From Planctomycetota bacterium (GTDB lineage Bacteria; Planctomycetota; UBA1135; UBA2386), in assembly GCA_046290465.1 (NCBI GenBank), contig JBKAGP010000001.1, forward strand, positions 96,001-160,000: 64,000 bases of DNA, read 5' to 3'. A model generated the notes under the pieces. The model was not told the DNA's origin. It searched no databases and was given only the letters and a program-made list of their open reading frames with translations. Position 1 is the first letter of the stretch. Every line of letters begins with the position of its first letter. Shown here piece by piece: positions 44,559-53,171 of this stretch. Both the position numbers and the translations under genes were made by a program.

Positions 44559-45824
44559 ATGAACTCCGCCACCTCGATCGGGATCTCCAGCAGCGCGTCG
44601 CCGATGGCGCGCGTCGGGCGCCTGACGCCCCTGCCGGGCGTCGCGCTGCGTAGCCATCCGGACCGCGCCCAGTTACGCCAGTTCCTGAAGGAGCTGCGGC
44701 TGCCGCTGGCGGCGGGCCAGGCGATGCTCGATCTGGTCGAGGAGGCCGACGTGCCGGAGGCCGTGCGCATGGCGATGAACGCGGTGCGCAACCACAACGA
44801 GTACCTGCAGCAGTTCGTCAGCGACTACGCCGAGTTCGGCCGGCTCGAGCAGGACGCGGTGCAGCCGTCGCCCGTCGAGGTGGCGCTGCGTGCGTGGTTG
44901 GAGCAGGCGCTGCGCGACGAGGCTGACCGGGCCACCGAACTCGGCCTCGAGGTCGCGGTGACCTACCGCAGCTTCCTGCCCGACCGGGTCGTGTTCGACG
45001 CGGTGCTGGTCCGGCGTGCGATCGCGGCGGTGCTGCACGTCGCGATGCAGCGCGCGCTGCCGGGCCGCTTCGACGTCCGGATCAGCTACGAGGAGGCGCC
45101 GGGAGGCGACCGGCCGGCACAGCTGGTCGTCGAGGTCGCCACCCACGGCGGCGGCTTCGCGGAGATCGAACTCGGCTACGTGTTCGCGCCGTTCCACGTG
45201 CGCGACGCGGCGGCGAGGCCGCTGCTCGGCCTGACGCTCGCGCAGCGCCTGACCGAACTGCTCGGCGGCGAACTGCGCGTCGAGTCGCCGGGACGTTCGG
45301 TGTGCAGCTACCGCCTTGCGCTGCGCGCCGAGCCGAGCGAACGGGCGGTCTGGATCGACCCGACTGGTGACGGTGGCCACCTCGGCCTGGTCCGGCCCGG
45401 CAAGGTGCTGGTGGTCGGCAGCTGCGAGCGCAGCTTCGAACGGTGCCGGACGGCGCTGCAGCACGCCGGCTACCAGGTCGAACGCGCCGAGCGCGAAGAG
45501 TTGGTGCTGCCGCGCATCGATCGCACGCCGAACCGCTGGTGCGCGATCGTCGTCGACACGACCTGCCGTGGCGAACGGCTGGCGGGCTTCGCCGGGGCGA
45601 TCCGCGCGCTCGGCTTCGGCAACCGGCTGCTGTCGCTGTGCGACGACGAGGCCGTCGAAGCGCGCGCGAGCGGCGTCGACGAGGTGGTGCCGGCGCCGGG
45701 CGGCGCCATCGCGCAGCAGGCGCTGCTGGCGGCCCTGCAGGGAACCCTGCTGGGAACCCTGCTGGGACGCGCAGCTACAGCGACCGCAGGAACGCGACCA
45801 GCGCCTCCTGATCGCTCGCGCTGA
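44559..45824 (+). CDS. Degenerate hybrid histidine-kinase-like protein (pseudokinase with a receiver-like tail)
   Basis: H-box position reads FLKELRLPL; GGGF......VFAPF; LGLTLAQRLTELLGGELRVES; C-terminal KVLVV...AGYQVE...IVVD. Confidence 0.65.
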   Translation: MNSATSIGISSSASPMARVGRLTPLPGVALRSHPDRAQLRQFLKELRLPLAAGQAMLDLVEEADVPEAVRMAMNAVRNHNEYLQQFVSDYAEFGRLEQDAVQPSPVEVALRAWLEQALRDEADRATELGLEVAVTYRSFLPDRVVFDAVLVRRAIAAVLHVAMQRALPGRFDVRISYEEAPGGDRPAQLVVEVATHGGGFAEIELGYVFAPFHVRDAAARPLLGLTLAQRLTELLGGELRVESPGRSVCSYRLALRAEPSERAVWIDPTGDGGHLGLVRPGKVLVVGSCERSFERCRTALQHAGYQVERAEREELVLPRIDRTPNRWCAIVVDTTCRGERLAGFAGAIRALGFGNRLLSLCDDEAVEARASGVDEVVPAPGGAIAQQALLAALQGTLLGTLLGRAATATAGTRPAPPDRSR

Positions 45825-46767
45825 GCGTCAGCGGCTTCATCTTGCGGTCGAGGTGGGCGTTGCGTTCGCCGCCGCGCGCGTAGAACGCGACCACCTCCTC
45901 GAGCGTGCGCAGCGACCCGTCGTGCATGTACGGCGCGGTCAGCCGCACCGAACGCAGCGTCGGCGTCTTCCAGCGACCGCGGTCGCGCTCGTCGTTGCTG
46001 ATCGCCGCGCGGCCCGGCTCGGCCTTGCCGTCGACGACCCCGATGCCGGTGTTGTGGAAGCGCTCGTCGGTGAACAGCGGCGGCGTGTGGCACTTCCAGC
46101 AGCCGCCCTTGCTCTCGAAGATCCACTGGCCGTGGCGTTCCTGGGCGTTCATCGCGTCGACCTCGCCGCGCAGGAAGCGATCGTACGGCGCGTCGCCGGT
46201 GACGATGCCGCGCACGAACGTCGCCAGCGCGCGCTGCAGGCCCTGACGGTCGGCCTCGCCGGCGAACGCGGCGGCGAACGCCTTCTGGTAGCCGGCGTCC
46301 TGCTTGAGGCGCGCCAGCGCGTCGTCGACCGACGAGCCCATCTCACGCGGATCGGCGATCGGCTCGAGCACGAACGCCTCGAGGGTCGGCGAGCCGCCGT
46401 CCCAGCGCTGCAGCGGCGCGTAGCCGCGGTTGAACAGCGTCGGCGCGTGCCGCACCGCGACCTGGCCGGCGACACCCGGAGGCTTCGCCGCCGGATGCGC
46501 GAAGCCGGTCGCGGCAGGGTGGCAGGTCGCGCACGAGACCGAGCCGTCGCGGCTCAGGATGCCGTCGTGGAACAGCTTGCGCCCGAGCTCGAACATCGCC
46601 TCGGTCGGCTGGTAGCCGACCGGCTTCGGCATCGGCGGCAGGCCCTTCGGCGGTGCCGTCAGGAACGAGAACGACGGCGCCGGCGGCGCCGGCCGCGCGG
46701 GCGCCGGCTGGTCCTGGGCCAGGACGCAGCCGAGCGCGAACGGGATGCATGGCAGCGGACGGATCAC
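45775..46767 (-). CDS. Di-heme cytochrome c peroxidase / MauG-family protein
   Basis: LGRKLFHD..LS.DGSVSCATCH, WDG, CWKCH, KTPTLR, TAPYMHDGS. Confidence 0.92.
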   Translation of the reverse strand: MIRPLPCIPFALGCVLAQDQPAPARPAPPAPSFSFLTAPPKGLPPMPKPVGYQPTEAMFELGRKLFHDGILSRDGSVSCATCHPAATGFAHPAAKPPGVAGQVAVRHAPTLFNRGYAPLQRWDGGSPTLEAFVLEPIADPREMGSSVDDALARLKQDAGYQKAFAAAFAGEADRQGLQRALATFVRGIVTGDAPYDRFLRGEVDAMNAQERHGQWIFESKGGCWKCHTPPLFTDERFHNTGIGVVDGKAEPGRAAISNDERDRGRWKTPTLRSVRLTAPYMHDGSLRTLEEVVAFYARGGERNAHLDRKMKPLTLSASDQEALVAFLRSL

Positions 46768-46782
46768 GCCCGCATGCTACTG

Positions 46783-47907
46783 CTAGTGGGCGCGGAAGGT
46801 CATCTGGGTGGCAGAACGGTACGTCTGCCCCGGCTCGAGCACCGTGTCGGGGAAGTTCGCGTGGTGGATCGCGTCCGGATGGTGCTGGGTCTCGAGGCAG
46901 ATCGCGCTGCGCTGCGGGTAGGTCCGGCCGCCCTTGCCGGTCTGGCCGAACAGGAAGTTGCCGGTGTAGACCTGCAGGCTCGGCTCGGTCGTCTCGATCA
47001 CCATCGAGCGGCCGGTCGGCTTGTGCTGCAGTTCGGCGACGCGGCGCATCGTGCCGGCTTCGCCGTCGAGCACCAGGTTGTGGTCGTAGCCCGCGGCCGG
47101 CGTGTCGACCAGGTGTTCGATCATCAGGCCGAGCGCGGTCGGCTGCTGGAAGTCGAGCGGCGTGCCGAGCACCGGCGCGATCTCGCCGGTCGGGATCAGC
47201 GTCGCGTCGGTGGGGGTGTAGCGCGCGGCGTCGACCTGCAGCGTGTGGTCGAGCACCGTTGCCGAGCCGGCGCCGCCGAGGTTCCAGTAGGCGTGGTTGG
47301 TCAGGTTGACCGGCGTGCGCTTGTCGGTGCGCGCTTCGTAGTCGATGCGCAGCCGGTCGTCGGCGTGCAGCGTGTAGGTCACCGCGATCGACAGCTCACC
47401 GGGGTAGCCCTCTTCGCCGTCGGGGCTCGTGTAGGTGAACCGCAGCGCCGGCGCGCCGTCGGCCGTCCTCTGGCGTTCGGCGTTCCAGGTGACCTTGTCG
47501 AGGCTGCGCTCGGCGCCGCCGTGCAGGTGGTTGGGGCCGTTGTTCTTGGCCAGCACGTAGTCGTAGCCGTCGAGCGAGAACTCGCCGTTCGCGATCCGGT
47601 TGCAGACGCGGCCGGTGGTGCAGCCGAAGTACTGGTTGCGGTCCGACTGGTAGCCGGCCACGTCGTCGAAGCCGAGGATCACGTCGCCCAGGAAGCCGGC
47701 GCGGTCGGGGACCCGCACGGCGACCAGGGTCGCGCCGTGGTCGGTGACATCGACCTCGACGTTGCCGTTGCGCAGCGTCCAGAGCGTCGCGGGGCGACCC
47801 TCCGAGTTGCTGCCGAAGTGACGGGACGTGATGGCGTTCTCGGGGAGTTCGGGCATCGACGAGCAGGCGGCGAGGAGGGCCAACGCCGCGAGGGTGGGAC
47901 GCGTCAT
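46783..47907 (-). CDS. galM: Aldose 1-epimerase (mutarotase), predicted lipoprotein
   Basis: GRVCNRIA, NHLHGG, DGEEGYPG, NLTNHAYWNL, GYDHN, CLETQ; lipobox LAAC. Confidence 0.92.
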   Translation of the reverse strand: MTRPTLAALALLAACSSMPELPENAITSRHFGSNSEGRPATLWTLRNGNVEVDVTDHGATLVAVRVPDRAGFLGDVILGFDDVAGYQSDRNQYFGCTTGRVCNRIANGEFSLDGYDYVLAKNNGPNHLHGGAERSLDKVTWNAERQRTADGAPALRFTYTSPDGEEGYPGELSIAVTYTLHADDRLRIDYEARTDKRTPVNLTNHAYWNLGGAGSATVLDHTLQVDAARYTPTDATLIPTGEIAPVLGTPLDFQQPTALGLMIEHLVDTPAAGYDHNLVLDGEAGTMRRVAELQHKPTGRSMVIETTEPSLQVYTGNFLFGQTGKGGRTYPQRSAICLETQHHPDAIHHANFPDTVLEPGQTYRSATQMTFRAH

Positions 47908-47973
47908 AGCGACGCAGGCTAGCCCGCCGGCAGGGCCCATGCCAACGGCGCGTGGCCGTCGCGGCTGCGGGCC

Positions 47974-48066
47974 AAAAGAAAAGCCCCGCGGCCGTCTCGA
48001 GCCGCGGGGCTTCGTTCGTTCTGGTTCCCGACACCACACCGGGAACCACCCAAGTCTGCAACCATG
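47974..48066 (-). ncRNA. Candidate sRNA 1 (~93 nt): hairpin plus intrinsic terminator
   Basis: Minus strand cttgggtggttcccg-gtgtggtgt-cgggaacca...aagccccgcggc-N8-gccgcggggc-ttttctttt; ECF-like promoter directly upstream; ends approximate. Confidence 0.55.
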
Positions 48067-48072
48067 CTCAGG

Positions 48073-48099
48073 AACGTGGGCACCAGGCCCCACGTTGCA
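48073..48099 (-). promoter_or_regulatory. ECF-sigma-type promoter 1
   Basis: TGCAAC-N17-CGTT. Confidence 0.6.
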
Positions 48100-48182
48100 C
48101 CATGTCTCTACGGCTTCGACGGGGTTGGCGGCTCGTCCTTTCGCATTCCTCGGTGGAACGGCTCCTGCCGACTGCCGGGGAC

Positions 48183-48368
48183 CTGATCACTTGGCTGTTG
48201 GTCCGCTGCGTGCCAAGGCAGCCACACCCCCCAGAGCCGCCGGCGAGGCCATGTTCGGGCCCTGCGGCGTCACCGGAGGGCCAGGCGGGGCGATTCCTCA
48301 CGAAATGCGGACCAGAGTCCCGATCACCCTGCCACGGTCGCCGCGGCGACCAACAACCAAGTGGTCAG
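48183..48368. mobile_element. MITE (186 bp), non-autonomous relative of the IS at 27781
   Basis: Left end ctgatcacttggctgttggt is identical to the IS TIR; right end accaacaaccaagtggtcag matches 18/20; subterminal aatgcggacca lies 45 nt before the right TIR (44 nt in the IS). Confidence 0.85.
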
Positions 48369-48406
48369 CTGCATCTGGTGCCGTGGGCCGTATCTGGGCG
48401 AGCCCG

Positions 48407-48498
48407 AAACGAAAAAGGCCCCGCGGCAGGACCGACTGCCGCGGGGCGAGGGCTCGACCTTGGCTCCCCCTCAGGAGCCACCCAAGGGATCGAGCAAG
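48407..48498 (-). ncRNA. Candidate sRNA 2 (~92 nt)
   Basis: Minus strand cttgggtggctcc-tgaggg-ggagcca...gccccgcggcag-N6-ctgccgcggggc-ctttttcgttt; ends approximate. Confidence 0.55.
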
Positions 48499-48504
48499 GG
48501 TGGT

Positions 48505-48530
48505 AACGCCGGAGCGGCCGCCGTGTTGCA
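48505..48530 (-). promoter_or_regulatory. ECF-sigma-type promoter 2
   Basis: TGCAAC-N16-CGTT. Confidence 0.6.
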
Positions 48531-48551
48531 TGTCGCAGCGGTGTATCGGTC

Positions 48552-48675
48552 AAAAAACAAAGCCCCGCGGCTGTCCGACCGCGGGGCTTCGTGCCCGGTC
48601 GGCGCCTCGTCCCAAAGGCGCCGCGGTTTCCTCTCGGGGGCTCCCCCTCAGGAGCCGCGCATCTGCGATGCACGG
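48552..48675 (-). ncRNA. Candidate sRNA 3 (~124 nt)
   Basis: Minus strand ggctcctgagggggagcc (18-mer identical to sRNA 2), a second hairpin ggcgcct-ttgggacg-aggcgcc, and terminator aagccccgcgg-N8-ccgcggggc-tttgtttttt; ends approximate. Confidence 0.55.
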
Positions 48676-48680
48676 GGAGG

Positions 48681-48707
48681 AACGTCGGGCCGGTTGGCGG
48701 CGTTGCA
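48681..48707 (-). promoter_or_regulatory. ECF-sigma-type promoter 3
   Basis: TGCAAC-N17-CGTT. Confidence 0.6.
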
Positions 48708-48751
48708 GCCGGGCCCGGATTCGCGGCACGGGGGTGGCCTCAGCGGCGGCG

Positions 48752-49447
48752 CTACTTCGCCGGAACGAACAGCCGGACCTGCTCGAGCGCGACCTCGTCG
48801 AGGTGGCCGGTGCGGGCGTCTGCGATCGCGTGCAGGTGGCTCTGTCGGTTGTGGTGGGTCAGCTGGCCGGCGGCGTCCTCGACGTAGAAGCCGACCAGCG
48901 TCAGGTCGTCGGCCGGCCCGTCGTAGCGCCACGGCGACGGGCCGGTCGGGTTGGCGATCGGGCAGGCGCCGGCGATGACGTGCATCCGCAGGTTGCGGGC
49001 CCGGCCGGTCACTCGCACCGGCGTCGGCGCGAACGGGTCGACGCCGCGCTGGCGCAGCGCCTCGCCGATGCGCTGCTCGAGGGTCGCGTAGTCGGCGCAG
49101 TCGGGCAGCGGCAGCTCGGTCCACGCGGCGACCTCGCACGCGACCAGCAGGGTCGCACGCTCGCCGGGGCGGGCATCGCGCATCGCGACGTCGTCGCCGA
49201 CGCGTTCGGCGACCAGCGCGCGACCGTCGGCGATCGTCACCTCGCCGCGTAGCCCGGCGAGCGCGCCGACGCCGACCGCGGTCGGGGTCGCGACGTCGGT
49301 GAGCACCACCCGGCCTTCGTCGTTGCCGTTGCGCATCACGTCGCGCAGGCCGCCGAAGGTGCGCACGGGGCCGGTGGCGGGCGGCGCGGTGCAGCTCGCC
49401 AGCAGCAGCACGGCCAGCAGCGCGACCAGCATCGGAGCACGGTTCAT
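48752..49447 (-). CDS. Lipoprotein with an alpha-acetolactate-decarboxylase-like fold
   Basis: Lipobox LASC; GVGALAGLRGEVTIADG, LVGFY...THH...HLH......GHLD. Confidence 0.65.
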   Translation of the reverse strand: MNRAPMLVALLAVLLLASCTAPPATGPVRTFGGLRDVMRNGNDEGRVVLTDVATPTAVGVGALAGLRGEVTIADGRALVAERVGDDVAMRDARPGERATLLVACEVAAWTELPLPDCADYATLEQRIGEALRQRGVDPFAPTPVRVTGRARNLRMHVIAGACPIANPTGPSPWRYDGPADDLTLVGFYVEDAAGQLTHHNRQSHLHAIADARTGHLDEVALEQVRLFVPAK

Positions 49448-49466
49448 GGCGACAGCGTAACCGGCG

Positions 49467-50990
49467 TCACGCGGCGCCGCGCGCGTGCGGCACCAGGATC
49501 TCGACCAGCGTCCAGCCGGCGACGTCGTTGGTCGCGGTGATCGTGCCGCCGTGGGCCTCGGCGACCCTTCGCGCGACCAGCAGGCCGAGGCCCGACGAGT
49601 CCGCCTGCGTGTCGCGACGGCTGACCTGGCCGAGGTCGACGTCGCCCTTGTCGCACGCAAAGCCGTCGCCGTCGTCGGCGACGTAGAGCCGCACGCCCTC
49701 GTCGACGACCTGCACGCCGATGCGCACCCGCGTGCGCGCGTGGCGGATCGCGTTGCTCAGCAGGTTCTCGCAGGCGCGCAGCAGCCGGTGGCCGTCGCCG
49801 GTGATCTCGCCGGGCTCGCCCTCGGACTCGACCTGCAGCGTGATGCCGTTGAGGTCGGCTTGCGGTCGCAGCGAACGGGCCGCATCGGCGACCAGTTCGA
49901 GCGGCGGGATCGGCTCGAGGTCGAGTTCGTCGCCGATCTCCAGGCGCGCGATCTCGAACAGGTCGTTGACGAACGAGCGCACCCGGCGCAGGTCGTGCCT
50001 GGCCAGCTCGAGCGCCTCGCGGGTCGCTTCGGAGGCGCCGTCGAGGTCGTTGCGGGCGCGGTCGAGGCAGACCGACAGCGACGTCAGCGGCGTGCGGATG
50101 TCGTGGCTGACCTGGGCGATCCATTCGCGCCGGTTCTGGTCCTGCTCGCGCAGGTTCTCGACCAGTTCGCCGATGCGCGTGCGCATGTCGTTGAGCGCCG
50201 CGGCCAGCAGCGAGATCTCGTCGCGGCCGCGCGCGGTGAACGGTCCCGGCAGGTCGGCGTCGGCGCTGGCTTCGACCTCGCGCGCCAGCGCGCGCAGCCG
50301 CCGCGTCACCAGGAACGACACCACGATGCCGAGCAGCAGCGCGGTGGCGACGGCGATGCCGACCATCACGGCGTTCGAGATCCGGCTGTACTGGAACCGC
50401 CGGGCCTCCTGCTCGGCGACCAGCTCGGGGCTCAGCGACAGGTCGGTGTCGGCGTCGAGGTCGAGCAGCGGCGCGTCGACGTAGAACTCGCTGGTGACGC
50501 GGTCGGCGTCGAGCGTGTAGACCATCGAGTTGACGAAGCCCTGCAGCGTCTCGTCCTCGTAGACCGGTCGCACGTAGCTGAACACCGTGCCGGCGACCTT
50601 GCCGCCGATCGCCAGCCGGTAGCGCGGCGCGGCGGTCAGGTCGGCGTCGTCGACGGCGGTCAGTTCGGGCGAGCGCGCGACGATGTCGCCGGTCAGGTCG
50701 AGCACGAACGCCAGCGTCTCGTTGGAGCGGCGCGCGTCGAAGTAGACCTGCAGCCGGTGGGCGATCGCCGGGTCCTGCTGGGCGTCGCGGTCGCGCATCA
50801 CCGCGACCAGCGAGTCGTGCGCCTGGTCGTCGGGGCTGACCGTCGGCGCCGGGATCGCGAACGTGTCGAACGCCCACGCCGTCAGCGTCGAACGCAGCCA
50901 GCCGAACGCCAGCATCACCAGGGCGGCGACCAGCGTCAGCTTGACGACCAGGCTGCCGAGCCGCGCTGCGCGACGGGGCCGCTGGCTCAC
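49467..50990 (-). CDS. Sensor histidine kinase (two TMs, HAMP, HisKA, HATPase)
   Basis: RDEI..LA.ALN.M; VSHDIRTPL; ENLLSNAIRH; DDGDG; SGLGL. Confidence 0.95.
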   Translation of the reverse strand: MSQRPRRAARLGSLVVKLTLVAALVMLAFGWLRSTLTAWAFDTFAIPAPTVSPDDQAHDSLVAVMRDRDAQQDPAIAHRLQVYFDARRSNETLAFVLDLTGDIVARSPELTAVDDADLTAAPRYRLAIGGKVAGTVFSYVRPVYEDETLQGFVNSMVYTLDADRVTSEFYVDAPLLDLDADTDLSLSPELVAEQEARRFQYSRISNAVMVGIAVATALLLGIVVSFLVTRRLRALAREVEASADADLPGPFTARGRDEISLLAAALNDMRTRIGELVENLREQDQNRREWIAQVSHDIRTPLTSLSVCLDRARNDLDGASEATREALELARHDLRRVRSFVNDLFEIARLEIGDELDLEPIPPLELVADAARSLRPQADLNGITLQVESEGEPGEITGDGHRLLRACENLLSNAIRHARTRVRIGVQVVDEGVRLYVADDGDGFACDKGDVDLGQVSRRDTQADSSGLGLLVARRVAEAHGGTITATNDVAGWTLVEILVPHARGAA

Positions 50991-51691
50991 TGCGGTGCCT
51001 CCTCGTCGTTGAGCCGGTAGCCGACGCCCCAGACGGTCGCGATGAACTGCGCCGCCGCCGGGTTGTCCTCGATCTTGCGGCGCAGCTTGCGCACGTGCAG
51101 GTCGATCGTGCGCGAGTCGCCGACGCCGCCGCGCACGCCCCAGACGTGCTCGAGCAGCTGGTCGCGCGTCCACGCCTTGCCCGGGTTCTTCAGCAGGAAC
51201 AGCAGCAGGTCGAACTCGCGCGGCGCGAACTCGATCTTGCGGTCGCCGCGGCCGGCCTCGCGCGACTCGGCATCGGCCCACAGCTCGCGGCAGCGGTAGA
51301 GCTGCTGGGTCACCTGCTGGCGCGAGCGGCGCAGCACGCTGCGGATGCGGGCCAGCACCTCCTCGACCTCGAACGGCTTGACGACGTAGTCGTCGGCGCC
51401 GGCGTCGAGGCCGCGCACGCGATCCCGCGCCGCGTCGCGGGCGGTCAGCACGATGATCGGGGTGGCGACGCCGCGTTCGCGCAGCTGGCGGCAGAAGTCG
51501 AGGCCGTCGCCGTCGGGCAGGCCGAGGTCGAGCAGCACCAGGCTGTGGCGGGCTGCGTCGGCGTCGCGCGCCTGGCCGAGATCGGCCGCCTCCCGCACCT
51601 GCAGGCCTGCTTCGCAGAGCGCCGCCCGCAGCTCGTGCCGGACGCGCACGTCGTCTTCGACCAGCAGGATGGAGTCGGGATCACGGCTCAT
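50987..51691 (-). CDS. OmpR/PhoB-family response regulator
   Basis: ILLVEDD, LLDLGLPDGDG, GADDYVVKPF, REFDLL, RTIDLHVRKLRRK, TVWGVGYR. Confidence 0.96.
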   Translation of the reverse strand: MSRDPDSILLVEDDVRVRHELRAALCEAGLQVREAADLGQARDADAARHSLVLLDLGLPDGDGLDFCRQLRERGVATPIIVLTARDAARDRVRGLDAGADDYVVKPFEVEEVLARIRSVLRRSRQQVTQQLYRCRELWADAESREAGRGDRKIEFAPREFDLLLFLLKNPGKAWTRDQLLEHVWGVRGGVGDSRTIDLHVRKLRRKIEDNPAAAQFIATVWGVGYRLNDEEAPQ

Positions 51692-51903
51692 CGACGCGAA
51701 CAGTCTGGGCAGGCGGTTGTATCCGCGCCGTTTCCTTCCGGGCGGCGCTTTCCTGCCAGGCCGCGCTCGGGCCGGGCCTTCCGCCGCGATCTGCGCGAAT
51801 CTGGCGGAGGTTTCCATTTGGTAACAAAGGAGACGGCAGGATCTGGGCGTCGGCGATCCGATACCTTGGTCGTCCGTTTCTGAAACTCCTCCGAGGAACC
51901 TAC

Positions 51904-53034
51904 ATGCGAACGAACGTCCCCTTGCTCGCGGCTCTCGCGCTGGCCGGCTCTGCCGCCGCCCAGGCGCTGCCGAAGAGCGGCGAGGTCGCGCTGCAGACCA
52001 AGATCCAGCGCCGCCAGAAGCTGCTGCTCCCCGGTGAGGCCGCCACCGCGGTCGCCACCGGCTTCCACTTCCAGGACGGCATCGGCGCCGACTTCCGCGC
52101 CGACATCGACGGCGAAGCGCTGCGCATCGACGCCGACGGCGACGGCGAACTCGAGACCCGCATCGAGGGCGACAAGGGCTTCGTCGTGCTGGCGAAGGAC
52201 GGCCGCCGCTACGGCGTCTCGCTGCACAAGCAGGGCGAGTGGACGTTCGTCGCCGGCTCGGTGGTGCAGGGCGAACTCGCCGGCACGCGGATCCGGATCG
52301 TCGACCAGAACCACAACGGCCGCTTCGACGACATCGGCAAGGACGCGCTGGTGATCGGCAACGGCCGCGCCGCCTCGTTCCTGTCGGAGGTGGTCTCGAT
52401 CGGCGGCGAGCTGAAGCAGATCGAGGTCGCCGCCGACGGCAGCAAGCTGCGGTTCGCGCCGTTCGCGGGCGCCACCGGCAAGCTGTCGCTGCGCGCGGTC
52501 ACCGACGGCAAGGTGATGGCCGCCGTGCTCAACAGCACCGACGGCCGCTACTCGGTGCACCTCAGCAAGCACGACGCCGAGATGGTCGTGCCGGCCGGCG
52601 ACTACGTGCTGCACTCGGGCGTGCTGTCGCTCGCCGGCAGCCGGGTCGCGATGAGCCAGGGCCGCAGCAAGCCGTTCGCGGTCGCCGCCGACGCCGCCGA
52701 GAAGCTCCAGTGGGGCGGCCCGGCCAAGGCCGAGTTCGCCTACCAGGACCAGGGCGGCCAGCTGACCTTCGACCCGAACCGGATCTGGTTCTACGGTGCG
52801 AAGAACGAGGAGTACAAGAACTGGAACCCGGTCGGGAAGTCGCCGCGCATCACGGTCGTCGATCGTTCGACCGGAGAGGTGATCGCCGAGACCAGATTCC
52901 CAGGCAGTTGTTGAGGCCGAGGCCTCGTACCGGTCGCCGTGAGCGTGCCGAACAACACCAAGGAACTGCACATCGAGATGGTCTTCGACAACTGGGCGTT
53001 CGGCGAGATCGTCGGCACCCCGCGCGGGCTGTAG
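51904..53034 (+). CDS. Secreted hypothetical protein, candidate selenoprotein (read-through of TGA at 52912-52914; otherwise ends at 52914)
   Basis: Signal peptide; D-rich Ca-binding-like loops (DADGDGE, DQNHNGRFDD); ...FPGSC-TGA-GRGLVPVAVSVPNNTKELHIEMVFDNWAFGEIVGTPRGL-TAG in frame. Confidence 0.7.
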
Positions 53035-53042
53035 TCGGCCCC

Positions 53043-53100
53043 GCTCGAAGCACAGCCCGCTCGAACGACAGCTGGCTCGAACGCAGCCGGCTCGAAGCAC
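53043..53100. repeat. Four degenerate 15-16-bp direct repeats (core GCTCGAA)
   Basis: gctcgaa at 53043, 53059, 53075 and 53090. Confidence 0.7.
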
Positions 53101-53171
53101 ACCTGACGCGCCCGTTCCCCCCGAGTCCCCCGACCCGGCGGGCGCACCCCTGATCGAGACGTTTCCCGCCC

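Noticed and set aside
47974..48066. Riboswitch or attenuator controlling galM
   Set aside because: The position would fit, but two sibling units with their own promoters and terminators are not adjacent to any gene start and I recognise no aptamer; not fully excluded
48068..48103. Short peptide ORF MVQRGAWCPRS on the minus strand
   Set aside because: It coincides with the promoter 1 boxes, has no counterpart in units 2 and 3, and has no clear RBS
47974..48707. CRISPR array or tRNA cluster as an explanation of the repeated hairpins
   Set aside because: The repeats are neither identical nor regularly spaced, no cas genes are present, and I see no cloverleaf or T-loop motifs
52939..53034. Independent 31-aa ORF starting at GTG 52939
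   Set aside because: No evident RBS, and it is in frame with the upstream gene, so UGA read-through is the simpler reading; kept as an alternative
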